From Lama glama (lineage: Eukaryota), in the NCBI GenBank assembly GCA_028534125.1, contig CM052817.1, forward strand, positions 10,604,001 through 10,668,000: 64,000 nucleotides of DNA, written 5' to 3'. A model generated the notes under the pieces. That model was not told the origin of the DNA and made no database searches. It saw only the letters and a program-made list of their open reading frames with translations. Below are positions 63,840 through 64,000 of the stretch, piece by piece. Position 1 is the stretch's first letter, and each line of letters opens with the position of its first letter. A program made the position numbers and the translations under genes.

Positions 63840-64000
63840 GTCACACAAATAGTAGAGGAACAAGTCTGCAGAAATTAATCATTTCATGCTCACACTGCAG
63901 TAGGAAACAGTCTTATTGAATACCATGACTGCTCTGCCTACAGCGTGTGTGCGTGGATCTGTGGATCTGATCTATAAGATGCACATTACCCACACGAAAA

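Noticed and set aside
1..64000. CRISPR array, operon, defence system or other prokaryote-type locus
   Set aside because: The sequence is repeat-rich mammalian DNA with no repeat-spacer array and no dense coding region.

Overview
This is mammalian nuclear DNA, not microbial, and very probably from a camelid (alpaca, llama or camel). It carries six copies of a tRNA-Ala(AGC)-derived SINE that resembles the camelid Vic-1 family, plus several cetartiodactyl-type L1 3' ends. Most of the window is interspersed repeat: MIR, L2, old and young L1, MaLR solo LTRs, and hAT transposons (Charlie1a, MER63, MER20, MER102, MER103). I could not recognise a protein-coding gene. The only ORF I can assign to a protein family is a dead L1 ORF2p C-terminal fragment (63135-63398). 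The unique stretches look regulatory: a CpG-rich promoter-like element with NRF1 sites (46.7-47.4 kb), a POU/SOX motif cluster (about 14.1-14.5 kb), a bZIP/MEF2/ETS cluster (61.2-62.2 kb) and an RFX X-box (56.2 kb). There are weak hints of a minus-strand host transcript: a 33-nt microexon candidate, other exon-like segments and LTR orientation bias. The clearest oddity visible directly in the sequence is a SINE copy whose B-box loop is inverted, apparently by a template-switch event. I found no evidence for a novel multi-gene system. Repeat names come from my recall of consensus sequences, and boundaries are approximate unless target-site duplications (TSDs) are given.
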